Assembly (NCBI GenBank): GCA_034422315.1
Contig: DAOUJT010000039.1
Location: 1,488-65,487, forward strand
Direction of reading: 5' to 3'
Length of the DNA: 64,000 bases
Origin: Chloroflexota bacterium
GTDB taxonomy: Bacteria > Chloroflexota > UBA11872
Below are positions 1 through 8,668 of this stretch, one piece after another. Each line of letters opens with the position of its first letter. The stretch's first letter is position 1. A program made the position numbers and the translations under genes. The notes below the pieces were generated by a model. That model saw nothing but the letters and a program-made list of their open reading frames with translations, searched no databases and was not told the origin of the DNA.

Positions 1-29
1 CAACGCCGGCAGCGCGCGAGTCCGAGTAG

Positions 30-995
30 GTGAAACCGCCGTCAACGTCGAGTCAGGGTGGAGGCGTGATTGACATTGGCCCGCAGTACCAGGGCGACGA
101 CGACTTCACACGGCGCATGCGCTGGCATCAGAGTTGGTATCGCGCCCGCGTGTTGCGGGTCCCGCACGGCACTGGACCACGGGTAACGTCACGAACGCTA
201 TACGGCAACATGCTGAACGAACACGCGGCGTCGCGTGGGCTCAACTTCCTCACGCCCGAAATCTTCCAACTGGCCAGGCAGCGGGCTGCGGCCGGAACCG
301 GCGCGGTCGACGAGTTCCGCTTGATGCGCAACATGCTGTCCAGCCAGCCCATGGCGTTCAACCTCTTCGGAGAGTTGGCGCTCAACTACGACGCAGCGAC
401 CGAAATGGTCTGCGCTCTTTGGGGCGCGCACGTGAAACGCGTCACCGATGTGCAGTTTGAATGGGCGCCCCAGCCCGCCCGCGAGTACCTGGACGACCGC
501 ACGGCATTTGACGTCTTCATCGAATACGAAGGTGACGGAGGCCACGCTGGATTCATCGGCATCGAGGTCAAGCTGACCGAGCCGTTTTCTCAACGCAGTT
601 ACGACAGACTGACGTACCGTCGCTGGATGACCCCCGACAGTCCCTGGCGCGCCGACTCGGGCGAAGCTGTTGCCGACATTGAACACAACCAGCTATGGCG
701 CGACCACCTGCTCGCATGGTCGGTGCTTCAACACCGGTCACGCCGCTACGCGGCCGGCCACCTGTCGGTCGTGTTTCACCCGGAAGACCACCGCTGTCGC
801 GGCGTGATCGACCGCTACCGGACGCTCCTGCGCAGCCAAGCCACGTTCTCGGCTTTCAATCTCTCGCAGGTGATATCGGCCTGGCGACCGTTCGCCGGTG
901 AGTGGTTGCAAACGTTCGCCGAGCGCTACCTGGCGCTCGATACAAGCGACCCGCAGCTCAACGCAACCCGGCCCGCGACCTCACCTTCGCCTTGA
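30..995 (+). CDS. PD-(D/E)xK putative restriction endonuclease (PGN_0703-like family)
   Basis: Motifs NMLSSQPMAFNLFG, DDRTAFDVFIEY, FIGIEVKLTEPFS (D...ExK catalytic core) and NQLWRDHLLA. Start could be slightly downstream. Confidence 0.75.
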   Translation: MKPPSTSSQGGGVIDIGPQYQGDDDFTRRMRWHQSWYRARVLRVPHGTGPRVTSRTLYGNMLNEHAASRGLNFLTPEIFQLARQRAAAGTGAVDEFRLMRNMLSSQPMAFNLFGELALNYDAATEMVCALWGAHVKRVTDVQFEWAPQPAREYLDDRTAFDVFIEYEGDGGHAGFIGIEVKLTEPFSQRSYDRLTYRRWMTPDSPWRADSGEAVADIEHNQLWRDHLLAWSVLQHRSRRYAAGHLSVVFHPEDHRCRGVIDRYRTLLRSQATFSAFNLSQVISAWRPFAGEWLQTFAERYLALDTSDPQLNATRPATSPSP

Positions 996-1082
996 AACCA
1001 AAGGCCCGTTAGATCGGTCACGTTGGCCTCGTCATGCCTGCCAGCCCAGGCTCTCCTCCGCTTCCGAGGACTTTGAGGTTCA

Positions 1083-1523
1083 TCACACCGGAATCGTGGA
1101 GTCGGCCGAACGCTGGCTGGGCGCAACCAGCCGCTGGAGGCCCGCGTCCAGCGTCGCAAGCTGTCCGCCGTGCTGAATGGCGGCGGCCAACAACACGGCG
1201 TCGCTGATCTGTCGATACCCCTGCAGCCTGGATCCAATGGCACTGGGCAGGTCGACAACCGACCGGTCCGGCGGCCAGAACGTGTGCCGGCCCAGACGCC
1301 TCAGGTTGGCCAGGACATCGATGGCGTCCAGCGGGCCGACCGTATGCTCGACAACCGACGGATTGCAGGACACCCGTACGAAGCCCGCCTCCGTCAACGT
1401 GCATGTCGCCCAGCCGTCGTCGCGGTGTTTCTGGAACCATGCCCTGGCGGCCGCGTGATGGACATGGTTCGGCCAGGCCAGGGCGATCAGGACGTTAACG
1501 TCCAGCAGCGCGGTTACGGCCAC
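1083..1523 (-). CDS. vapC: PIN-domain VapC toxin (mycobacterial-type TA ribonuclease)
   Basis: LLDVNVLIAL, TEAGFVR, DAVLLAAA, LATLDAG acidic PIN residues; overlaps the upstream antitoxin. Confidence 0.92.
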   Translation of the reverse strand: MAVTALLDVNVLIALAWPNHVHHAAARAWFQKHRDDGWATCTLTEAGFVRVSCNPSVVEHTVGPLDAIDVLANLRRLGRHTFWPPDRSVVDLPSAIGSRLQGYRQISDAVLLAAAIQHGGQLATLDAGLQRLVAPSQRSADSTIPV

Positions 1524-1741
1524 TCGTCCAGCGACCGGGCTACGTCCTCACTGGTAATCGGGAGCGCGTCCGCCGGAACGTCGAATACGGTCCGGTCGCG
1601 GCTGCCTTCAGTCGCAGAGGAGGTCCTGAACCCGCGGCGGGCCAGTTCCGAGATGGCGCTCCCCAGGCTGCAGCCCCGCTGCCCGGCCAGCGCTCGCGCA
1701 ACGGCCAGCACGTCATCGTCAATCGTCACCGTCGTCCGCAT
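1514..1741 (-). CDS. vapB: VapB antitoxin, ribbon-helix-helix
   Basis: MRTTVTIDDDVL RHH N-terminus and ITSEDV C-terminus; 75 aa directly upstream of the PIN gene. Confidence 0.9.
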   Translation of the reverse strand: MRTTVTIDDDVLAVARALAGQRGCSLGSAISELARRGFRTSSATEGSRDRTVFDVPADALPITSEDVARSLDEWP

Positions 1742-1767
1742 CTCTGCATCATTACATCAAGACATCA
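1739..1767 (-). promoter_or_regulatory. Probable vapBC autoregulatory operator/promoter: (T/A)GATG x4 at 8-bp spacing
   Basis: Plus strand CATCA at 1747, 1755, 1763 and CATCT at 1739 (contains the start codon); no Shine-Dalgarno. Confidence 0.5.
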
Positions 1768-2193
1768 AACCACTGGATCGCGCGTCGTGAACCTCGTTAA
1801 TCAGACCCCATCCCCCGCGGCATTCCGTCGTCGTTCTCCCTCGCCCTCTGAAGACCCGTGCAAGACACCCCTCGTCTCCCCAAGCCCCGGCCGCCATCCC
1901 GGCGCCTGCCGAACGAGGCCGGGACCCGGCAGCAGCCAACAGCCCATCGCACCCAGCATTTCTGGTGAGCCTGTCAAACCACTCCCTCGTTTCTGTTCCC
2001 TCTCTCCCCTTCTTGGCTAGACTGAGAGCGAGCGATAGACCGCTCGGCGCAGCGATTGGGCGGCGGTGAACCGGGCGCCGGAGCGAATCGTCAATCGCGT
2101 GACGCAAGCCGCGGCGCACGCATCGCCTGGATCCCGGGCAGCAACGCGCCGGCCGCAGGCCAGGAGACTGGCCGGAAAGGACCGGGAAGCGCC

Positions 2194-2457
2194 ATGAACT
2201 TCAAAGCCAGGTACGCCAACGGCGTGCTCACCCCGCTCGAGCCGCTCGACCTGGACGAAGGCAAAGAAGTCATGGTGTCCATTGAAGACACCGAAACGCC
2301 CGTCCAGGACGCGCCGTCCTCCGGCAACGGCCTGGAGTCCATCGCGCAATTGTTCGAGAGACTCAGAAGCTCCGTTCCCCCAGACGCCTGGGACGACCTC
2401 CCCACCGACTTGGCTAAGAACAAGAAGCACTACCTCTACGGCCATCCCAAGGAATGA
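2194..2457 (+). CDS. DUF104/AF2212-like antitoxin
   Basis: MNFKARYANGVLTPLEPLDLDEGKEV N-terminus and DLAKNKKHYLYG C-terminal motif; ATG at 2194; ATGA overlap with the PIN gene. Confidence 0.85.
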   Translation: MNFKARYANGVLTPLEPLDLDEGKEVMVSIEDTETPVQDAPSSGNGLESIAQLFERLRSSVPPDAWDDLPTDLAKNKKHYLYGHPKE

Positions 2458-2885
2458 GCCCTCGTCGGCGAGTCTTCGCGGACGCGGGCTACTGGATCGC
2501 TCTCCTGTCCTCCGGTGACCAACTGCACGAACGGGCGGCGACGGTGGCTGCGGGTCTGGAATCTGCAGCAATCGTCACGACGCAGATGGTGTTGGCCGAA
2601 GCGCTCAACCACTTGGCGGGGCGAGGCGAGCGGGTTCGAAGCCTTGCCGTACAGATGGTCCGAGAACTGGAAGCCAGGTCCGATGTGCAAGTCATCTCCC
2701 AGACAGACACCCAGTTCAGCGCCGCCGTGGAGCGGTACGCCGCCCGAAGCGACCAGACATGGAGCCTCACCGACTGCGCCAGCTTCCTTGTCATGGAAGA
2801 TCGGAACATAACCGACGCGCTGGCCTTCGACCGAGACTTTGAGCAAGCCGGCTTCCGAGCCTTGCTGAGACATATCCGGGGATAA
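2454..2885 (+). CDS. vapC: PIN-domain VapC toxin
   Basis: VFADAGYWIAL, VLAEALN, WSLTDCASFLVM, AFDRDFEQAGF. Confidence 0.92.
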   Translation: MSPRRRVFADAGYWIALLSSGDQLHERAATVAAGLESAAIVTTQMVLAEALNHLAGRGERVRSLAVQMVRELEARSDVQVISQTDTQFSAAVERYAARSDQTWSLTDCASFLVMEDRNITDALAFDRDFEQAGFRALLRHIRG

Positions 2886-3028
2886 CCTCGACCCTCGCCA
2901 CGAATCAGAGCCACGGCCTCCCCAACCACCGCCCTCGCCGCACGCACCTCCCACCGCCAGCGCGTCGCTCGTTCCCCTCTACCCTTCGCTTCTACACCTC
3001 GTTCTCACTTCTCTCCCCCTTCCTCACT

Positions 3029-3163
3029 GGACACCTGCCCCGCCAAGGTGGACACATTTGGATGGAAACAGGACACATTGCCCTCGAAAGTGGACACATT
3101 CAGCCAAAAAGTGGACACATCCGGCGAAAAACTGGACACATCTGCCCAACGGAGTGGACACAT
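3029..3163 (+). repeat. Seven GGACAC(A/C)T cores at 21-bp period
   Basis: GGACAC at 3029, 3050, 3071, 3092, 3113, 3134, 3156; A-tracts precede the cores. Confidence 0.95.
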
Positions 3164-3250
3164 GCGGCGATGTGGCAACCACCCGCCGCCACGCCGCCCC
3201 TGTCACTCTGAGATCTCCCGCTGAATCTCCTCGCTTATCCATGAGCCCGC

Positions 3251-3279
3251 TGGCGGTCAGTACCCAATAGATGTACAAT
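3251..3279 (+). promoter_or_regulatory. Candidate sigma70 promoter of composite element copy A
   Basis: TACAAT at 3274-3279 with a weak -35 (TGGCGG) 17 bp upstream; same position in the element as copies B and C. Confidence 0.4.
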
Positions 3280-3641
3280 AGGGCGTATCGCCCTATCCCG
3301 GTCGGAATCCCGCGTGCCCGCGCTGCTCCTCTACCCGCTGCTTCTGTCGTCCCGTCCCTGGTCGGTCTGCGGCCGGGCCCTGCGTGTCTTCCTGCTGAAC
3401 CTCATCCCCTTCCTTCCCAGCCGATCCACCCACCGCCCGGCTCGCCTAGTGGTCCCGGGCAGTCCGGCAAACGACCTGGCCCATACCCGAAACCGGGCCG
3501 AAATCCAGTCGCCGCCCCTCGACGCCTCTCATCCCCCACGGCTCAACGCCCGCCGACACCATGGCGTTGCGCGCGCCGTGGGCTGTGTCCTGGGCGCCCC
3601 GTCCCCAAACTCGCGCCGATTCCCCCAAGAAATCCGCCAAA

Positions 3642-3694
3642 AACCCTCTCTCGCCAGCGCACCCCCTGTGGGGGTGCGCTGGCGAGAGAGGGTT
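3642..3694. repeat. Perfect 25-bp inverted repeat (hairpin family copy A); may also terminate the ABC operon
   Basis: AACCCTCTCTCGCCAGCGCACCCCC-TGT-GGGGGTGCGCTGGCGAGAGAGGGTT, immediately after the stop at 3701-3703. Confidence 0.95.
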
Positions 3695-3700
3695 CCCCCT

Positions 3701-5581
3701 TTAATCCCCCGTCCGCAACGCCGCCGCGTCGATGTCCTCGCCGCCGGTCGACAGCCCCAGGGTGTACAGGTTGTAGTACAGCCCGGCCTTCGCCAGCAGT
3801 TCCGCGTGCGTGCCGCGTTCCACGATGCGGCCCTGGTCCATCACCAGCACCTCCGTCGCGTTCCGAACCGTCGAGAGCCGGTGCGCGATCACGAAACTGG
3901 TGCGGCCTCGCATCATCGTCTCCATCGCGTCCTGGATAATCCCCTCGGTCTGCGTGTCCACCGAACTCGTCGCCTCGTCCAGCACCAGCACCCGCGGATC
4001 GGTCAGCAGCGCCCGCGCGAACGACACCAGCTGCCGCTGCCCCGTCGACAGCCCGCCGCCCCGTTCCTCGATCGGCGTGTCGTACCCGAACGGCAGGCTC
4101 TCCACGAACTCGTGCAACCGCACCGCCTTCGCCACCTCGATCACCTCGGCCCGCGTCGCATCCGCCCGTCCGTAGGCGATGTTGTCGTGAATGCTCCCGC
4201 TGAACAGAAACGGCTCCTGCAGCACCAACCCGATCTGGCGCCGCAGCGAAGCCTGGCTCACCCGGCGCACGTCGTGCCCGTCGATCCTCACCGATCCGGC
4301 GCTGGCGTCGTAAAACCGCAGCAGCAGGTTGATGATCGTGGTCTTGCCCGCGCCCGTGGCGCCCACCAGCGCAATCCGGTCGCCCGGCTTGGCCACGATC
4401 TCGGCCTCGTGCAGCACCGGCCGGCCCGCCTCGTAGGCAAAGCCCACCCGCTCGAACCGAACCTCGCCCCGCACTGGCGGCAACTCACGAGCGTCGGGCT
4501 GGTCGTGCATGGTTTCGTCGGTGTCCAGGATTTCGAACACCCGCTCGGCCGACGTCATCGCCGCCTGGATCGCCCCCCACCGCGTCGCCAACTCCTGCAC
4601 CGGACCGAAGAACCGCTCGATATACAGCACAAAGGCCGTCACCACCCCCAGCGTCACCGTGTCGGACCCGTCCAGCACGAACGATCCGCCCAACCACAAC
4701 ACCAGCCCGGTCGAGATCGCCGTGAATACCTCCACCGCCGGCTCGGCCGACGACGTAACCGTCATCGCTCGCATCTGCGATTGCGCTTGGGCGTGATTCA
4801 CCTCGTCGAAGCGCGCGGCATTCACGTCCTCGCGAGTGAAGGCCTGGATCACGCGCATTCCCAGGATCGATTCGGCCAGCACCCCGTTCAGCGTCGATGT
4901 CCGCGTCCGCATCATCCGGTAGGCGGCCTGCGCCACCCGAGCAAACACGACCCCGCTCAGCAGCATGAACGGAGCCACCGCCACCGCGATCAGCGTCAGT
5001 TCCCAGCTCAGCAGCGCCATCGCCACCAGGATTCCGATCAGGATCGCCATGTCGGCCACCAGCCCGATCGCCCCCTCGGTCACCGCCTCCCCGACCTGCT
5101 CCACGTCCGACGCCATCCGCCCGATCAGCCGCCCGGTGATCTGCCGGTCGTAAAACCCCAGCGGCAGGGCCTGGTACTTGCGGAACATCTCCATCCGCAT
5201 GGCCTGCAACATGCGCTGGCCGAGGTCCGCGTTGACCACCAGCTGAACCGCCGTGCCGCCGGCCTGGCCAAGGGTCACGCCCAGGAAGACCAGCGCAGCC
5301 ACCGTCAACACCCCGGCGTCGCCGGCTCGGATGCCGTCGTCGATCGCCAACCCGATCAACGCCGGCTGCGCCATCGTCGTCCCGGCAACGACCAGCACCG
5401 TCGCTATGGCAATCAGCAGTCGTCGTCGATCCCGCGCCAGGTATCCCAGCAGGCGCAGCAACACCCGCCGGTCGAAGCCTTCAAAACCGGACTCTTCCTG
5501 GACAAACGTCCCGCGCGCCTGGGACGTCCCCATCCCCATCCCGGACCCCATCCCGGACCCCATCCCCATTCCCATACTCAT
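3701..5581 (-). CDS. ABC exporter, fused TMD-NBD (MsbA/MdlB-like), subunit 2
   Basis: Walker A GATGAGKTT, signature LSTGQRQ, Walker B VLVLDEATSSVD; six TM segments; Met/Gly-rich N-terminus. Confidence 0.95.
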   Translation of the reverse strand: MSMGMGMGSGMGSGMGMGTSQARGTFVQEESGFEGFDRRVLLRLLGYLARDRRRLLIAIATVLVVAGTTMAQPALIGLAIDDGIRAGDAGVLTVAALVFLGVTLGQAGGTAVQLVVNADLGQRMLQAMRMEMFRKYQALPLGFYDRQITGRLIGRMASDVEQVGEAVTEGAIGLVADMAILIGILVAMALLSWELTLIAVAVAPFMLLSGVVFARVAQAAYRMMRTRTSTLNGVLAESILGMRVIQAFTREDVNAARFDEVNHAQAQSQMRAMTVTSSAEPAVEVFTAISTGLVLWLGGSFVLDGSDTVTLGVVTAFVLYIERFFGPVQELATRWGAIQAAMTSAERVFEILDTDETMHDQPDARELPPVRGEVRFERVGFAYEAGRPVLHEAEIVAKPGDRIALVGATGAGKTTIINLLLRFYDASAGSVRIDGHDVRRVSQASLRRQIGLVLQEPFLFSGSIHDNIAYGRADATRAEVIEVAKAVRLHEFVESLPFGYDTPIEERGGGLSTGQRQLVSFARALLTDPRVLVLDEATSSVDTQTEGIIQDAMETMMRGRTSFVIAHRLSTVRNATEVLVMDQGRIVERGTHAELLAKAGLYYNLYTLGLSTGGEDIDAAALRTGD

Positions 5582-7344
5582 GCGCCCGCCGCCTCGGCCG
5601 CCGCCAGGTCCGCCCGCGCCTCCTCGGCGTGCCGTACCTGGAGGTCATAGAGATCGCGGTAGAAGCCGGGTCTCGAGATCAACTCGGCATGTGTTCCCCG
5701 GTCGGCGATTCGCCCCTCGTCCACCACCAGGATTTCGTCCGCGTGTTCCACCGAACTGATGCGCTGCGACACGATGAACGTCGTCCGCCCACCCGCTCGC
5801 CGCCGCAGCGCCTCCTGGATCCGCCGCTCGGTTTCGGTATCCACGCTGCTGGTCGCGTCGTCCAGGATCAGGATCGCCGACTCCCGCAGCAGCGCCCGCG
5901 CGATCGTCAGCCGCTGCCGCTGCCCGCCCGACAGCCCCACGCCACGTTCCCCAATGACAGTCTCGAATCCCTCGGGCATCTCCAGGATGAAGTCATACGC
6001 CTGCGCATCCTTCGCCGCCGCGATCACCTGTTCCAGGTCCGCGTCCGGACTGCCGTACGCGATGTTGTTGCGAACGGTGTCGGAAAAAAGAAACGGATCC
6101 TGCGGCACGATCGACACCGCCGACCGCAGGCTCTGCAAGTCAAAGCTCCGCACGTCCTGGCCATCCACCCGCACGCTGCCGCCCGCCGCGTCGTAATAGC
6201 GCGGAATCAGGTTCAGCAGACTGGACTTCCCAGAACCGGTCGGCCCCACCACGCCGACCACGTCGCCGGTCCCGACCGTCGCGCTGACCCCGGACACAAT
6301 CGCCCGCCGGTTGAACACGATGTCCACACCGTCGTAGTCCACCCGCCCCCTGATGTTCGCCTGCCTGGCAGCGCCCGGCGGACTCTCGATTCCCACCGGC
6401 TCATCCAGCAACCCGAACACTCGATCAGCCGACACCGCTGTGCGCGCTATCTGCTGCACGATGAAGCCCAGCCGCCGCGAAGGCTGGATGAGCCGCGTGA
6501 AGTAGTAGTAGAACGCCAGCAGCGTGCCCACTGAAATCGCCCCATCGATGGCCAGCAGCCCGCCGGCCCAGATCACCACCAGCGAGCCAATGCCCGTCAG
6601 CAGCAGCATTAGCGGCATTGCCTTCGCTCGCAGCCGGATCGGCGCCAGCGCTCGTTGGCGCATCGCTTCGGACTCAACTCCGAACGCCTGGACCTCACGC
6701 TCTTCCGTCGCGAACGCCTTGACCACCCGAATGCCGTTCAGGTTCTCCGTCAGCACCCGCGTCAATTGCGCCTGCTGGCTCCGATACGCCCGCCACATCG
6801 GCCGCACCACGCGTCCGTAGACCACGGCCACGGCCACCATCAGCGCCAGGACCACAAGCGCCATTAGCGTCAGCTGCGCACTGGCAATCACCATTCCCGT
6901 CACGATCACGACGTATATGCCAACCGTCCGCACGGCCTCCATTACCCCGTAGCCGGTGAAGCCCTGCACGGTCCGCGTATCACTGATCGCCAGCGTGATC
7001 ACGTCGCCGCTGTCCACCCGGTCGTAGTAGGCGTACGGCAGGCGCTGCAGCTTGTCGTAGACCTCGTTCCGCAGCTGGCGACTGATTCCCGCCTGGTACC
7101 AGCGCTGACAGAACCTCGCCCCGAACAACGCGGCCCCGCGCAGCACGATCAGCCCCGCGGCCAGCGCCGAGAGCCCCACCAGGCGGGGGCGGTCGCCCGC
7201 CACGATGCCCTCATCAATTACCCGCGCCAGCACCTGCGGAACGACCAGGTCCATGGCCGCGGAAATCACCCAAACCAACACGCTGAGCAGCGCCAGCGGC
7301 CAGTACGAGCGGATATAGGCGAGCGTTCGCCAGATGGACCTTAT
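5578..7344 (-). CDS. ABC exporter, fused TMD-NBD (MdlA-like), subunit 1; start probably the non-canonical ATA at 7344
   Basis: GPTGSGKSS, LSGGQRQ, ILILDDATSSVD. The frame continues upstream of the called GTG (7281) through IRSIWRTLAYIRSYWPLALLS to an ATA overlapping the upstream TAA. Confidence 0.93.
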   Translation of the reverse strand: MRSIWRTLAYIRSYWPLALLSVLVWVISAAMDLVVPQVLARVIDEGIVAGDRPRLVGLSALAAGLIVLRGAALFGARFCQRWYQAGISRQLRNEVYDKLQRLPYAYYDRVDSGDVITLAISDTRTVQGFTGYGVMEAVRTVGIYVVIVTGMVIASAQLTLMALVVLALMVAVAVVYGRVVRPMWRAYRSQQAQLTRVLTENLNGIRVVKAFATEEREVQAFGVESEAMRQRALAPIRLRAKAMPLMLLLTGIGSLVVIWAGGLLAIDGAISVGTLLAFYYYFTRLIQPSRRLGFIVQQIARTAVSADRVFGLLDEPVGIESPPGAARQANIRGRVDYDGVDIVFNRRAIVSGVSATVGTGDVVGVVGPTGSGKSSLLNLIPRYYDAAGGSVRVDGQDVRSFDLQSLRSAVSIVPQDPFLFSDTVRNNIAYGSPDADLEQVIAAAKDAQAYDFILEMPEGFETVIGERGVGLSGGQRQRLTIARALLRESAILILDDATSSVDTETERRIQEALRRRAGGRTTFIVSQRISSVEHADEILVVDEGRIADRGTHAELISRPGFYRDLYDLQVRHAEEARADLAAAEAAGA

Positions 7345-8579
7345 GGCTGGCCCTCGTCCTTGGACGCCTTAGCTGTCACTTTCGCCGGACTCGCATCGTC
7401 TGCGGCCCCCGTGCTCGACGCTTCCGGCGCATCCTGCGAAGGCGACACGGGCACGTTGCTCGCAGCTGCTGCCATTGCCATGCGCGTCCTTCGTCGCTGC
7501 ATCACCAGGAATTCCCTGAGAAATCCTCGCAGCATCGTCCAGAGCAGAGCGCCGATCGGAATCCCGAAGAGCACGCCCCAAAACCCCGCCGCGATGCCCC
7601 CCAGGATCACGCTGGACAGCACCACGATCGGATTCACGCCAATAGCAGTTCCCATAATCCGCGGCTTCACCGCGTTCTCAATCGCAAGCGACGCCAGGGC
7701 CAGGGCTACCCCAACCCAGATCGCCAGGTCGAGCCGAACCGTAAACGCCATGATCGTCGGAATCGCAATGCCCACGATCATCCCGAAGAAGGGGATGAAC
7801 ATCAGGATGCCGGTACCGACCGCCACCAGCAGGCCGAACTCCAGCCCGGCGATCAGATATGCCACGAACACCGCGATTCCCCAGATAACCGACGCCAGGA
7901 ACTGACCGCCCAGCCACGCCCCAAATGTGTGCTCGCTGGCCCGTACGCCACGGTGCAGGCGCGCCGCCCAGTCCGCCGGCAGCGCGTCCGCCAGCCGGTC
8001 CACGCCTCGATCCCAGCCCAGGACCAGGTAGAACGAGATGATCAGCGTCACGATCGTGGCGGCTACGCCGCCTGCGATAGTTCCCGTCGTTGCTATGACG
8101 CCGGTAGCCAACTGCTGTCCTATCGATGCCAGGTTGTGGCTGACATCCTCAGTGACCGTGCCCACGATGTCGTCGGGTGCGCCCAGCCCGGAAAGCCAGG
8201 TTTGCAGGTTGCTCAGACCCTCTGGAATCCCGCGGGCCTGCACGGTCAGGCTCTCCGCCGCGTGCCCCACTTCCGTAAAGAATGGCGGCAGCACGAAAAA
8301 CAAGCTCGCGCCCGCGATGCCCAGCACCACCAGGTACACCAGCGCCGACGCGACCGGACGCGGGATCCGCAGCCGCTGTAGCAAGCGCACCGGGCCTAGC
8401 GTCGCCACCGTGACAATCCAGGCCACCAGCAGCATCACCACGAAGACACCGGCCTGGCTCAGCACGCCCCACAGGAATTGCAGCAGCCACGCGGCCGCCA
8501 CGGCGATGCCGAGATAGATCAGGATGAGAAGCGGGCGCTGCGTCTCGACGGGCGAGATTCCTCTATGGACCGCTCGCAA
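7341..8579 (-). CDS. AI-2E (PerM/UPF0118) family transporter
   Basis: Multi-TM protein with FIPFFG, ENAVKPRIMG and GGIAAGFWGVLFGIP motifs. Confidence 0.9.
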   Translation of the reverse strand: MRAVHRGISPVETQRPLLILIYLGIAVAAAWLLQFLWGVLSQAGVFVVMLLVAWIVTVATLGPVRLLQRLRIPRPVASALVYLVVLGIAGASLFFVLPPFFTEVGHAAESLTVQARGIPEGLSNLQTWLSGLGAPDDIVGTVTEDVSHNLASIGQQLATGVIATTGTIAGGVAATIVTLIISFYLVLGWDRGVDRLADALPADWAARLHRGVRASEHTFGAWLGGQFLASVIWGIAVFVAYLIAGLEFGLLVAVGTGILMFIPFFGMIVGIAIPTIMAFTVRLDLAIWVGVALALASLAIENAVKPRIMGTAIGVNPIVVLSSVILGGIAAGFWGVLFGIPIGALLWTMLRGFLREFLVMQRRRTRMAMAAAASNVPVSPSQDAPEASSTGAADDASPAKVTAKASKDEGQP

Positions 8580-8668
8580 CCGTCGATTCTATCCGCCCGG
8601 CGCCCAGTCGCCGCCTGCCTAGAATTGGCTGAAGCAGTTCACCCTGCGCCCCGTCGCATTCCTGCCCA

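Noticed and set aside
1757-2190. Intergenic ORFs and pyrimidine-rich stretch between the TA pairs
   Set aside because: Low-complexity frames; no clear repeat or structure could be established.
3314-5650. 778-aa plus-strand ORF, and similar long antisense ORFs (5629-6534, 37212-38630, 39739-40665, 53280-54296, 55776-57878)
   Set aside because: Shadow frames of real genes in high-GC DNA; Arg/Pro/His-rich, no motifs.
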